Part shown: positions 56,643 to 64,000 of the stretch, one piece after another | Layout: every line of letters begins with the position of its first letter | Numbering within the stretch: position 1 is the first letter of the stretch | From: a virus | Taxonomy: Duplodnaviria; Heunggongvirae; Uroviricota; Caudoviricetes | Direction: 5' to 3' (one strand) | Length of the DNA: 64,000 nucleotides | Virus record (IMG/VR): IMGVR_UViG_3300029582_000367 | Coordinates: 28,950 to 92,949 of that record | Made by a program: the position numbers and the translations under genes | The notes under the pieces: model-generated | What the model was told of the DNA's origin: nothing | Database searches by the model: none | What the model saw: only the letters and a program-made list of their open reading frames with translations

Positions 56643-57312
56643 TTCTATCTACGTCCTCCTCAGTCTCAGTAGCACTATTAAGTGAATTACAGAGCTTCTT
56701 CTCATAGTCGGAAAGCAGAAGTTCTCCAACATTATTGCTTTTGATGCCTACGAGGTCACAGATTTCCTGTTTGCTCCAGAAAGCATTTTCCCTGCATTTA
56801 TAGGTGTCGCCATGTGCCTTCTTGAATATTCTATCCGTTGAAGAGCCGGAGTTGTCATAAATATGGCAGATGTCGCATAGGTCAACAAAGGCCTGAACCC
56901 TTGCCAAAGACTTTTCGTACCGAGACCGAATCTTTTCTTCAGGTACGTCGTGGCCTCCAGATTGAACACGTTCCCAAACACGAAGTACGTTTACGGATGC
57001 GTCTTTCGTAAGAACGAAAAAGCCTTTTATGAAATACCCATGCTCTTTTGCATATTTTAGAAATTCCAGTTTTTTATTCGTGGACAAAACTGTCTCGAAG
57101 GTAAAATCTTCGCCCCATTCTACACACTGTAAGCGCATTGCATCAGCCTTCTGTGCCGCTTCCAAATCGCTGCATCCAGTTTCTTTTTTGATGTCGTCTG
57201 CGTTGATATACGGGGGTAGTATATCTACTCTACTTGTAAGTGAGCTTTTACCTGACCCGTTAGGCCCAGCGAAAACGATAATGCAAGGTTTCCGCTGTTT
57301 CTCATTTGACAT
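56632..57312 (-). CDS. P-loop kinase of zeta-toxin/AAA_33-like fold (FAGPNGSGKSS)
   Basis: Walker A immediately after N-terminus, size and layout like zeta/PezT toxins. Confidence 0.5.
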   Translation of the reverse strand: MSNEKQRKPCIIVFAGPNGSGKSSLTSRVDILPPYINADDIKKETGCSDLEAAQKADAMRLQCVEWGEDFTFETVLSTNKKLEFLKYAKEHGYFIKGFFVLTKDASVNVLRVWERVQSGGHDVPEEKIRSRYEKSLARVQAFVDLCDICHIYDNSGSSTDRIFKKAHGDTYKCRENAFWSKQEICDLVGIKSNNVGELLLSDYEKKLCNSLNSATETEEDVDRNDK

Positions 57313-57517
57313 ACTCGATTCTCCCATCCGGATACAGTAAATAGGCACACTTTTTCTCTGCATCATAGCGAGCAACAGGAATACCTTTCATTTTTGCCCG
57401 TTGATAGGCTTCAAAGGCTACCGACGAAATCCGACGGTCCATTTCCGCATCCTCTTCGTCACAGTGAGGGTCTTCATATAGGCAAGTTTTGGATACGCCC
57501 TTTACGAATTCTTCCAT
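57302..57517 (-). CDS. small protein overlapping start of zeta-like gene by 11 nt (candidate epsilon-type antitoxin)
   Basis: AAAGGAGGATACAACT RBS; 71 aa; position. Confidence 0.4.
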   Translation of the reverse strand: MEEFVKGVSKTCLYEDPHCDEEDAEMDRRISSVAFEAYQRAKMKGIPVARYDAEKKCAYLLYPDGRIEYVK

Positions 57518-57650
57518 AGTTGTATCCTCCTTTCAATTTTCAACTCTATTATAGCCCATTTGTACGCTCTCTGTCAAACAGACTATGTATAGAAAGAGAG
57601 GACTGCTGCAAACAACAGCCCCCTCCAAGGTTATAAAATCTCCTTTCTGC

Positions 57651-58109
57651 TCAAAATGGCAAACCAAGAGGCACATCTGTCGAAGGCAGAGATGTGTTCT
57701 CAACAGTGGCCTTCTGCTGCATCGCCGCCAGAATGGTGTTCTGTTGCTGCAGCAATGCATTCTGTTGGGCAATGAGAGAATTCTGCTTTGCTATGAGCTG
57801 CAGCGCCGAGTTGTAGAAGGCTCGTGCAGGAACAGAGGAATACGCCGCCTCGTCGGGAATGTCTTTTACCTGCTGGGTCTCAGAAAGGCCCAGCAGATAA
57901 TCAACAGAGACGTTGTAAACATCTGCGATTTTTGCGAAGCAATCAATGCTCGGCACGATGCGTCCGCGTAGCCATGTTGCGACAGATTCCGGCGCAACAC
58001 CGATAATCCTCGCAGCTTCCGTCACGGAGTCACCGTTGTCTTCCATCAATACCGTGAAGCGTTCGACAAAAGACTTCTTGAGCTTTTCCAGAAAGGCATC
58101 CATTGTGGG
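57651..58109 (-). CDS. XRE-family HTH transcriptional regulator
   Basis: VTEAARIIGVAPESVATWLRGR HTH; GGGAGG RBS. Confidence 0.65.
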   Translation of the reverse strand, partial: PTMDAFLEKLKKSFVERFTVLMEDNGDSVTEAARIIGVAPESVATWLRGRIVPSIDCFAKIADVYNVSVDYLLGLSETQQVKDIPDEAAYSSVPARAFYNSALQLIAKQNSLIAQQNALLQQQNTILAAMQQKATVENTSLPSTDVPLGLPF

Positions 58110-58117
58110 CACCTCCC

Positions 58118-58963
58118 TTACAAACGGACGGCTTTGCCGCTGACCCGCATGACATTCAGAGCGGCGAACGCCACTTCAGGATATATCTCCTTCACGGTGT
58201 TCCGCAGCTCATCAAGGCTGCTGACCTCCTTGTCGATAAGCAAAATCGGACCGCTGGAATCACACCAGCTATCCTCATTTGCCACGGAATTGACATCTTC
58301 GTTGAGGTTGCCGCAGTAAATCTGTGCGTCTCGGATGTAGGTGCTGTCCATGAATACCATGTAGCGACCAGCCTCTGAGTTTTCGACCTTTGCGCGGGGA
58401 GCGCAGAAGCCATTGCCTACGCCACAGAAATCATCGCAACCATCCTCACGGATACGCGGCGCGGCGCCGGTAATGAACGGAGCACGGCAAATACCGGAAG
58501 CATCCGCAAAGGCGCACAACTCAGAGTCGCACTCGCAGCACAGCTCGTTCCGATAAGTCAGAGTAGCGATGGTAGCTGTGTTGTCCTCGCCACGACCGTA
58601 AAGCAGCGCAGCGATGCCCTTGGAATAGCGTTCGTCGAACCAGTGCCAGATGTCTTCACGAGGAGTGCCGGCGGGGAAGTGGAGGAACGCATCCTCCATC
58701 TTCTCGGTGTCCGGATTCATCGGGACATCCGTGAACTCATCCCACAGTTTTTCCAGCTCGGCGTCTCGCTGCTTCAGCGGCATGAACTTCACCGTCTCAA
58801 CCTGTCCCTCCAGCGAAGCGACACGCTTGTTCAGCTTATCGTACTTCACGGCATGGGCGCAGTTGGCATCAGGAACATCCCTATTGTAGCAGACATCGGA
58901 GCAAAAACCGGATGCGGGGCAAGCCCTACAACGAGTCTTGTTTGTCTTTTTCTTGGAATCCAT
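58118..58963 (-). CDS. Cys-rich hypothetical protein
   Basis: AAAGGAGAAAATAATC RBS. Confidence 0.5.
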   Translation of the reverse strand: MDSKKKTNKTRCRACPASGFCSDVCYNRDVPDANCAHAVKYDKLNKRVASLEGQVETVKFMPLKQRDAELEKLWDEFTDVPMNPDTEKMEDAFLHFPAGTPREDIWHWFDERYSKGIAALLYGRGEDNTATIATLTYRNELCCECDSELCAFADASGICRAPFITGAAPRIREDGCDDFCGVGNGFCAPRAKVENSEAGRYMVFMDSTYIRDAQIYCGNLNEDVNSVANEDSWCDSSGPILLIDKEVSSLDELRNTVKEIYPEVAFAALNVMRVSGKAVRL

Positions 58964-58995
58964 GATTATTTTCTCCTTTCTTTTTTTCAGAGCAT

Positions 58996-59265
58996 TTACG
59001 CAAGGTCAGAGTAGTCGTCCGCGCTCTTCACCACACGAACCGACTGCACCGTGTTCGTGGGGAAATTGTTTTCAGCACAGAAATCGTTGAAAAGCTGCGC
59101 CAGCTCTTCAAGACCGGCGGAAGTGTCCACGCGGTATACGTCGAATTCCGTCTCATCGTCTTTTCCATCGGCGTCGATGAAGCCAATGGTAACAGACTGC
59201 CACTGTCTCATCTTGCTAACGCATCTCTCTTTACCGTTTTTTTCAACAAACTCCTTCAGGGTCAT
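58996..59265 (-). CDS. hypothetical protein
   Basis: GAAAGGAGAAACAGAA RBS. Confidence 0.5.
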   Translation of the reverse strand: MTLKEFVEKNGKERCVSKMRQWQSVTIGFIDADGKDDETEFDVYRVDTSAGLEELAQLFNDFCAENNFPTNTVQSVRVVKSADDYSDLA

Positions 59266-59456
59266 TTCTGTTTCTCCTTTCTTTCAACTGTCAACGAATC
59301 ATCTCAAACATCTCATCGGGAGAGATATCAAGAAGCTCGGCGCCGACGGACAAAAGCAAATTTCTGACATCCTCGTCTTCGGTTTGGAGGTAAGCCGACT
59401 GTACCGCGTTGGCAACGTCCTCAGGAAAAATCACTGTGTTCACTGAAGACGCCTCC

Positions 59457-60620
59457 TTACGCCTGCCGGCTTACGATGCTCCGCTCTTTCTCAGTAAGCA
59501 GCGCATCATCATCGCTCTCACACTGGCCGGCGTTCCAGCTCACACTGGTGGACTCAGTATGCAGGACATTTTCGATGAGGGTGACTGCATTGTCAGCGAA
59601 GTTCTCCAAATCTGCATTGGAGAACGCGAACGGCACCAGCTTCTCAATGATGACATCGAAGGAACCATCATCATAGGTGAATGTGCCGGCACCGCTGCCG
59701 AAGTTCGCTTTCAGTGCCGTACGTACCTCTATCATATCGGCGGGGCGGGGGAAAGCGGCTCTCAGCCAAAAACGCATCTTGTCCTGTCCGGAAGCCTTGT
59801 CGTAGTAGACATAGCACTGGCACTTATCGCCGCAGATATCCCGCACGCGGATGTCGGCATTTTCGTCAGAGGACGTGTTTTTGGAGGTGGAATCGGTGCT
59901 TTTCAGCTCCACGAAGGTGGCATCGCTCTCCATGTGCTCACTCAGCCACTCATCAATGTTATCGACCTCGGCAGAGGGAACCTCGACGATGTAGGCAGGA
60001 CCCACATTGGGGTAGACCTTAAAGCGCATGGCATCCACATTCCGCCCACCAGCAGGAATCTGTACGGACGCCGGCTTACCGTCGATGGTGCCGAACTGTG
60101 CCTCGAACATACTGATATAACTGCTGACGTGCTGGAACTGATAGCCGATTTCGGCAGTGTAGTTGGAGGTGAAGCAGTAGAGTGCGTGGCCGATACCCTG
60201 ACGGGAAATCCACCACGAAATCTTCTTGTTCGCACCGTTACGCACCGGCGTAAAGTTGTAGAGTCCGTAGACAAAGGGGATGCCGACACGGACAGTACCA
60301 CTCTGCGCCTGACCCTTGACGGGCAGCTCGTCCCACGCACCGTTCGCGTTCACGAAACGCCCCACGAGGACGTCCGCGCTGCACGTTGCGATGAGATTAG
60401 CTTCGCAGGATTCGATGCCGACCAGCTTCGCATACACAGCCTCATCAGCAGCGTTCACCTCATGGAGACCGACAACAGCCGGTACGAATGTGCCATCGCC
60501 GTTGGTAGCTGCCATCATTACAGCAAAACCATCCTTAGTGATTTCGCCGTTGACGATGACTTCCTCACGGATAGCCTCCATGTTTTTGCCAGTGCGCTCG
60601 AAGATAACTTTGGTTTTCAC
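59457..60620 (-). CDS. hypothetical protein (~388 aa); first gene after module M6 (GTG start with module RBS)
   Basis: GGGAGAAAGGAGAAACAA-GTG. Confidence 0.5.
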   Translation of the reverse strand: MKTKVIFERTGKNMEAIREEVIVNGEITKDGFAVMMAATNGDGTFVPAVVGLHEVNAADEAVYAKLVGIESCEANLIATCSADVLVGRFVNANGAWDELPVKGQAQSGTVRVGIPFVYGLYNFTPVRNGANKKISWWISRQGIGHALYCFTSNYTAEIGYQFQHVSSYISMFEAQFGTIDGKPASVQIPAGGRNVDAMRFKVYPNVGPAYIVEVPSAEVDNIDEWLSEHMESDATFVELKSTDSTSKNTSSDENADIRVRDICGDKCQCYVYYDKASGQDKMRFWLRAAFPRPADMIEVRTALKANFGSGAGTFTYDDGSFDVIIEKLVPFAFSNADLENFADNAVTLIENVLHTESTSVSWNAGQCESDDDALLTEKERSIVSRQA

Positions 60621-60635
60621 TTGTTTCTCCTTTCT

Positions 60636-60818
60636 CCCAGCCTTGAAGGACTTACGGGAACACAAAAATGTATGTATATATATAAAAAAAGACAGCCATC
60701 CCAAGATTGGGATAACTGTCTTGATTCTTTATGGTGACTTGAAAACGGAGATAATCTCCTTTATAAAAATAGCTTCGTAATTATAATTCTATACTACCAC
60801 AGTTTGATATTTTGTCAA
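60636..60818 (-). promoter_or_regulatory. promoter-leader module M6
   Basis: same family. Confidence 0.7.
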
Positions 60819-60823
60819 CGTTT

Positions 60824-60848
60824 TCAGATAAAGAAAAAGCTCCCCGAA
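60824..60848. terminator. terminator AAAAAGCTCCCCGAAGGGAGCTTTTTT
   Basis: perfect hairpin with A/T runs. Confidence 0.65.
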
Positions 60849-60866
60849 GGGAGCTTTTTTCACAGT

Positions 60867-61211
60867 TCAAGAACAAGAAAAAATATCACAGAGAACAGAA
60901 CGCACCTTGGCGAGAACCTCATCGGGCAGATGGCCGACAACATCGTACTTGTTCGCCATGATGTTGAAATAGCTTACATACTCACACAGGACGGTTCCGC
61001 TACGAGGAGGACACGTCTTCTCATCGAGTATAACATGGTATGGGCCGTGCTCAGTTTCGTAGGACAACGGACACACCCAGACGAAATCTGTTACTCCGTG
61101 CAGCGTATCGTTGCTTACAACGAGCAGGGTACTTGTGACACCAAACTTCATCGCGCCGTCGGTGGGGTCGAATTTGGCGATGATGATATCGCCTCTTTTC
61201 GGTCTACTCAT
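60867..61211 (-). CDS. MazF/PemK-like endoribonuclease toxin
   Basis: RGDIIIAKFDPTDGAMKFGVTSTLLVVSND...VCPLSYETEHGPYHVIL matches MazF/PemK core pattern. Confidence 0.7.
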   Translation of the reverse strand: MSRPKRGDIIIAKFDPTDGAMKFGVTSTLLVVSNDTLHGVTDFVWVCPLSYETEHGPYHVILDEKTCPPRSGTVLCEYVSYFNIMANKYDVVGHLPDEVLAKVRSVLCDIFSCS

Positions 61212-62442
61212 TCGAACCCTCCTCGCTGACGAACTGCTCGCGCAGTTCCTTCACGGTTTCGTCGATAGCCTCCTGTGCCAGCACATCAATGCGGGCAATG
61301 GCATTGATATAATCAATAACCATATCACCTTTCTTGGTCAGGAAAACACGGGCAATGACCTCGCCTTCAGCGTCATCGTCGGGAGTACGCCAGCCATCAA
61401 TGGAAACGGCGGTGATAACATCGCCGTAGCCAACGGGAGAATCTTCGCGGAAATCGTGACGGATTTCCGTCCAGTATCCCTGCTTCTCGTCGCTGGGTGC
61501 CGGCTCGTCTGTGATTGTGACCTCGTAGGTGCCGTTGCCGTAGTTGAACCTGCTGGTACACAGCAACAAACGGTCATCATCCATGTTCCAGACGTTGATG
61601 CCGTTCGCATCATACAGTGCGAGATTCGCAACAACTTTAGCTTCCCTTCGGATAATCTGAAGGACGGCGGTGAAGCCGTTGTCAAACTTGTTGGTATATT
61701 CAGCGATAACGACATTTGTTGCATAGATGATATTGTTGGGAACATTCTCGCCCTGCATATAGCTGATATACTTCGTTGCGACCACAGCAGGAATTCTGAT
61801 AGTAGTTGCGTGGAGCGCCGGTGTGGACGTATCTTTGACGACTTCCATGACATACACATTGTCGCAGTAATCAAAGGTGTAGATGCCCTCCAGCTCGCTT
61901 TCAGAAGCCAGACACATGACATCAGACATTTCCTCATTCCAGAGGACGGGATTGACATAGAATCCCTTGTCATCAGAGCAAACAGTGACGGTTGCGGTAT
62001 AGCCATCAGGGAACGTCAGGCCGAAGCAACGAACACCGGCATACTTGCCAATACCGGACTCCACAGCGGGAATATGCTCCTCGCCACAAGGCATATCCAG
62101 CAGTTCCTGACACATTTCGGCATCCTTGGAAGGGACAAGAAGGGTAGCCTTATACCGCGTAGACACGGCAGGCTCATTCTTCTTGAAGCACATCTCAGGA
62201 TGCTCCTTCAGCCACGCGGTGATTTTCTCACGGTTCTGCGGCGTGTCAATGTACGTCCAGTCCGGTACGTTGGGCATATCATGGATGATTTTGATACCAT
62301 CCTTTTCTGCCTTACGCGCCGCCGCACGGTTTGGGAGGTCGCTCGAATCACTTCTCCGAATGTGCTCCACGTTGGGCACAAAGGGCAGGTCGCTCCCGGT
62401 GGGTGTGACACAGATAACATAACCCTTGTCGTTCTTGTTCAT
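61204..62442 (-). CDS. hypothetical protein (~413 aa) overlapping mazF-like start by 8 nt
   Basis: GAAAGGAGTATATTTT RBS. Confidence 0.5.
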   Translation of the reverse strand: MNKNDKGYVICVTPTGSDLPFVPNVEHIRRSDSSDLPNRAAARKAEKDGIKIIHDMPNVPDWTYIDTPQNREKITAWLKEHPEMCFKKNEPAVSTRYKATLLVPSKDAEMCQELLDMPCGEEHIPAVESGIGKYAGVRCFGLTFPDGYTATVTVCSDDKGFYVNPVLWNEEMSDVMCLASESELEGIYTFDYCDNVYVMEVVKDTSTPALHATTIRIPAVVATKYISYMQGENVPNNIIYATNVVIAEYTNKFDNGFTAVLQIIRREAKVVANLALYDANGINVWNMDDDRLLLCTSRFNYGNGTYEVTITDEPAPSDEKQGYWTEIRHDFREDSPVGYGDVITAVSIDGWRTPDDDAEGEVIARVFLTKKGDMVIDYINAIARIDVLAQEAIDETVKELREQFVSEEGSNE

Positions 62443-62478
62443 AAAATATACTCCTTTCAATTTCGGAAACTCACTTGC

Positions 62479-63384
62479 TTACTCAGGAATGTCGTCAATG
62501 TGCAGCACAACGCCAACGCTGGAAACATATCCCTCATCATCGAGAATGTCGAACTTCCGATGGGGGAGATTGCAGATGACAGACCACGGGCAAACAGAAT
62601 CGCCAGAGTTGTCATCGCACCAACGAAACTCGATGTCCGGCTCGCCAGCGGCTGTCTCGTAGAAACCTTGAGCTTTACTCGCAGTCAGCTTGACACCATT
62701 AAAGGCGCCGATTTCCTGCGTCATAGCGCCCTCGATTTCCACGAGGTCGTCCGATGCGGCATACACCACTACGAGGCCCTTGACGGCCCCCAGAGCCGCA
62801 GGAACAACGCTCCGTTCGTTTCTGTTGTTCAGCTCCGCAGCCCAACGTTCCAGAAACTCGGCATGGGTGACGTCTTTGACCTCCTTGGACTGAGACGCAG
62901 CCTCTTTCTCTATCAGCTCTTTCAGCTTCGGGCAATGAGCAGCAGGAACAGCCGTACAGAAACCGCCGACAGCGGTACAGTTGAAGTTGTCCTTGTGCAT
63001 ATGCTCACAGTTGACGCAGTTCGGACGATAGGTAGACTTGAGCACATCCAGCTCATGCCGAAGCGCATAGATGGTCGCATCCGTCTCTCGCATTTTGTCG
63101 CTGAGAGCTCCGACCAGTTCAGGTACGGAGGCATCGGGGCCGGGGCCAAACCTCTCGCCCAGAATGCGGCGGAGGGTCTCGTTCTCCTGCCTGAGCGTCA
63201 GCAGCTCTTCAGGGTCAAGGAAGGTGTCCTCGAAAGCCGCCAGCCGGTCTTTCAGCCGGTTGCGGCAATAGAGTGTAGAGCACATCTCCTTTACAGCGTC
63301 GGATTCGCCCGTGCGCTCAGACTTACACCGGTTGCAGTCCACACAGGCCTGTCCATCAGGAAGGCGGATGGTGAGTCGTTCCAT
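62479..63384 (-). CDS. Cys-rich hypothetical protein
   Basis: AGAAAGGAGACTGAAA RBS. Confidence 0.5.
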   Translation of the reverse strand: MERLTIRLPDGQACVDCNRCKSERTGESDAVKEMCSTLYCRNRLKDRLAAFEDTFLDPEELLTLRQENETLRRILGERFGPGPDASVPELVGALSDKMRETDATIYALRHELDVLKSTYRPNCVNCEHMHKDNFNCTAVGGFCTAVPAAHCPKLKELIEKEAASQSKEVKDVTHAEFLERWAAELNNRNERSVVPAALGAVKGLVVVYAASDDLVEIEGAMTQEIGAFNGVKLTASKAQGFYETAAGEPDIEFRWCDDNSGDSVCPWSVICNLPHRKFDILDDEGYVSSVGVVLHIDDIPE

Positions 63385-63386
63385 TT

Positions 63387-64000
63387 TCAGTCTCCTTTCT
63401 CGTCATTATCATTGTCCACGATAAACGCCGTCATAAACTCGATATTGAGGCCTGTGAACGGCGGCATCCTGTTGAGCGTTTCGGACATCGCACGCTCACC
63501 GTGCAGCATCTCCAGAAATTCCTTTGCAGGAATGAACTCCTTATAGCGTTCTTTCTTGGGATACACGATAGAGGTGGACACGGCCACAACGCTCTCGCTG
63601 CGGCAGTAGGACACATAACAGCGGCGCTCGAAGTCGTCAAACTCCTGTGCCAACATGACACGGAACGTGACAGGCTTTTCTTCCTCTGTCAGTCGGGTTC
63701 TGTCAGAATAGATGCGCTGATAGACACCCAGCCGTGTGTCGAACTTTTCAGGACGATAGGTACAGCCGCGCATGGACTCCATACGCTCGACGAACTGGTC
63801 GTGATGATACGGCCAAGAACCCTCGCCCTTTGCGGCCAGCTTGAAGTGCGACTCGTCGATGAACCGGCAGGTGTAGACTTTGGGTTCAGCACGAGGCCCA
63901 TCGGTAATCAGCAGTTTCCCGCCATTGGGCAGGGTGAACACGGGATTACCTCGCCGGTCACGGAAGATGATGGTCTTGTCGTAGTCCACGACCAAACTAT
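63387..64000 (-). CDS. hypothetical protein, C-terminal part (gene continues beyond window end)
   Basis: ORF open to position 64000. Confidence 0.45.
   Translation of the reverse strand, partial: SLVVDYDKTIIFRDRRGNPVFTLPNGGKLLITDGPRAEPKVYTCRFIDESHFKLAAKGEGSWPYHHDQFVERMESMRGCTYRPEKFDTRLGVYQRIYSDRTRLTEEEKPVTFRVMLAQEFDDFERRCYVSYCRSESVVAVSTSIVYPKKERYKEFIPAKEFLEMLHGERAMSETLNRMPPFTGLNIEFMTAFIVDNDNDEKGD

Noticed and set aside
61111-63546. 811-aa plus-strand ORF
   Set aside because: Lies antisense to three well-supported minus-strand genes (each with a GGAGG-type RBS). Typical high-GC shadow ORF with low-complexity R/A/G/L-rich translation.

Overview
This 64-kb, high-GC window (~55%) is an accessory region or mobile island, probably from a Clostridia-type gut Firmicute (inferred from GC content, CCA-encoding tRNA and GGAGG-type RBSs). 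It consists almost entirely of small genes of unknown function, most on the minus strand.

Gene content I can support:
- Three OMEGA-type RNA-guided nuclease genes: two ~93%-identical tnpB-only IS200/IS605 copies and one IscB (PLMP + RuvC + HNH) with a predicted upstream omega-RNA.
- One adenine/cytosine-N DNA methyltransferase and one Fic protein.
- Two toxin-like genes: a MazF/PemK-like toxin and a zeta-like P-loop kinase with a small upstream partner.
- An AAA(MoxR/AAA_5)-VWA gene pair, an SPFH protein, an EndA-like secreted nuclease and an HD-domain protein.
- Several XRE- or LexA-type HTH regulators fused to zinc ribbons, and many small zinc-ribbon proteins.
- tRNA-Ser.

Most unusual finding: three CRISPR-like mini-arrays sit in intergenic gaps at 13.2-15.75 kb, with 2, 3 and 4 copies of a 36-nt palindromic repeat separated by unique 25-32-nt spacers. 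Each is preceded on the minus strand by a conserved ~130-nt module homologous to the TnpB right-end / omega-RNA scaffold. A fourth array-less copy of that module follows the tRNA-Ser.

Second unusual finding: operons are headed by a repeated ~185-bp module, present as 5 full copies plus 2 promoter-only copies. It has a near-consensus sigma70 promoter (TTGACA-16 nt-TGgTAgTAT), then a conserved leader with a strong intrinsic-terminator hairpin that carries compensatory base changes between copies, then a conserved RBS. This suggests attenuation or antitermination control. One promoter-only copy sits at the predicted start of the IscB omega-RNA.

Other points:
- An iteron-like array at 49.63-49.76 kb (4 x TTTTAGTCGGGA at exact 34-bp spacing).
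- A homopolymer frameshift splitting one gene (49896-51330).
- tnpB copy 2 inserted into the 3' end of a gene.
- No integrase, capsid, terminase, cas1/cas2 or TnpA was recognised.
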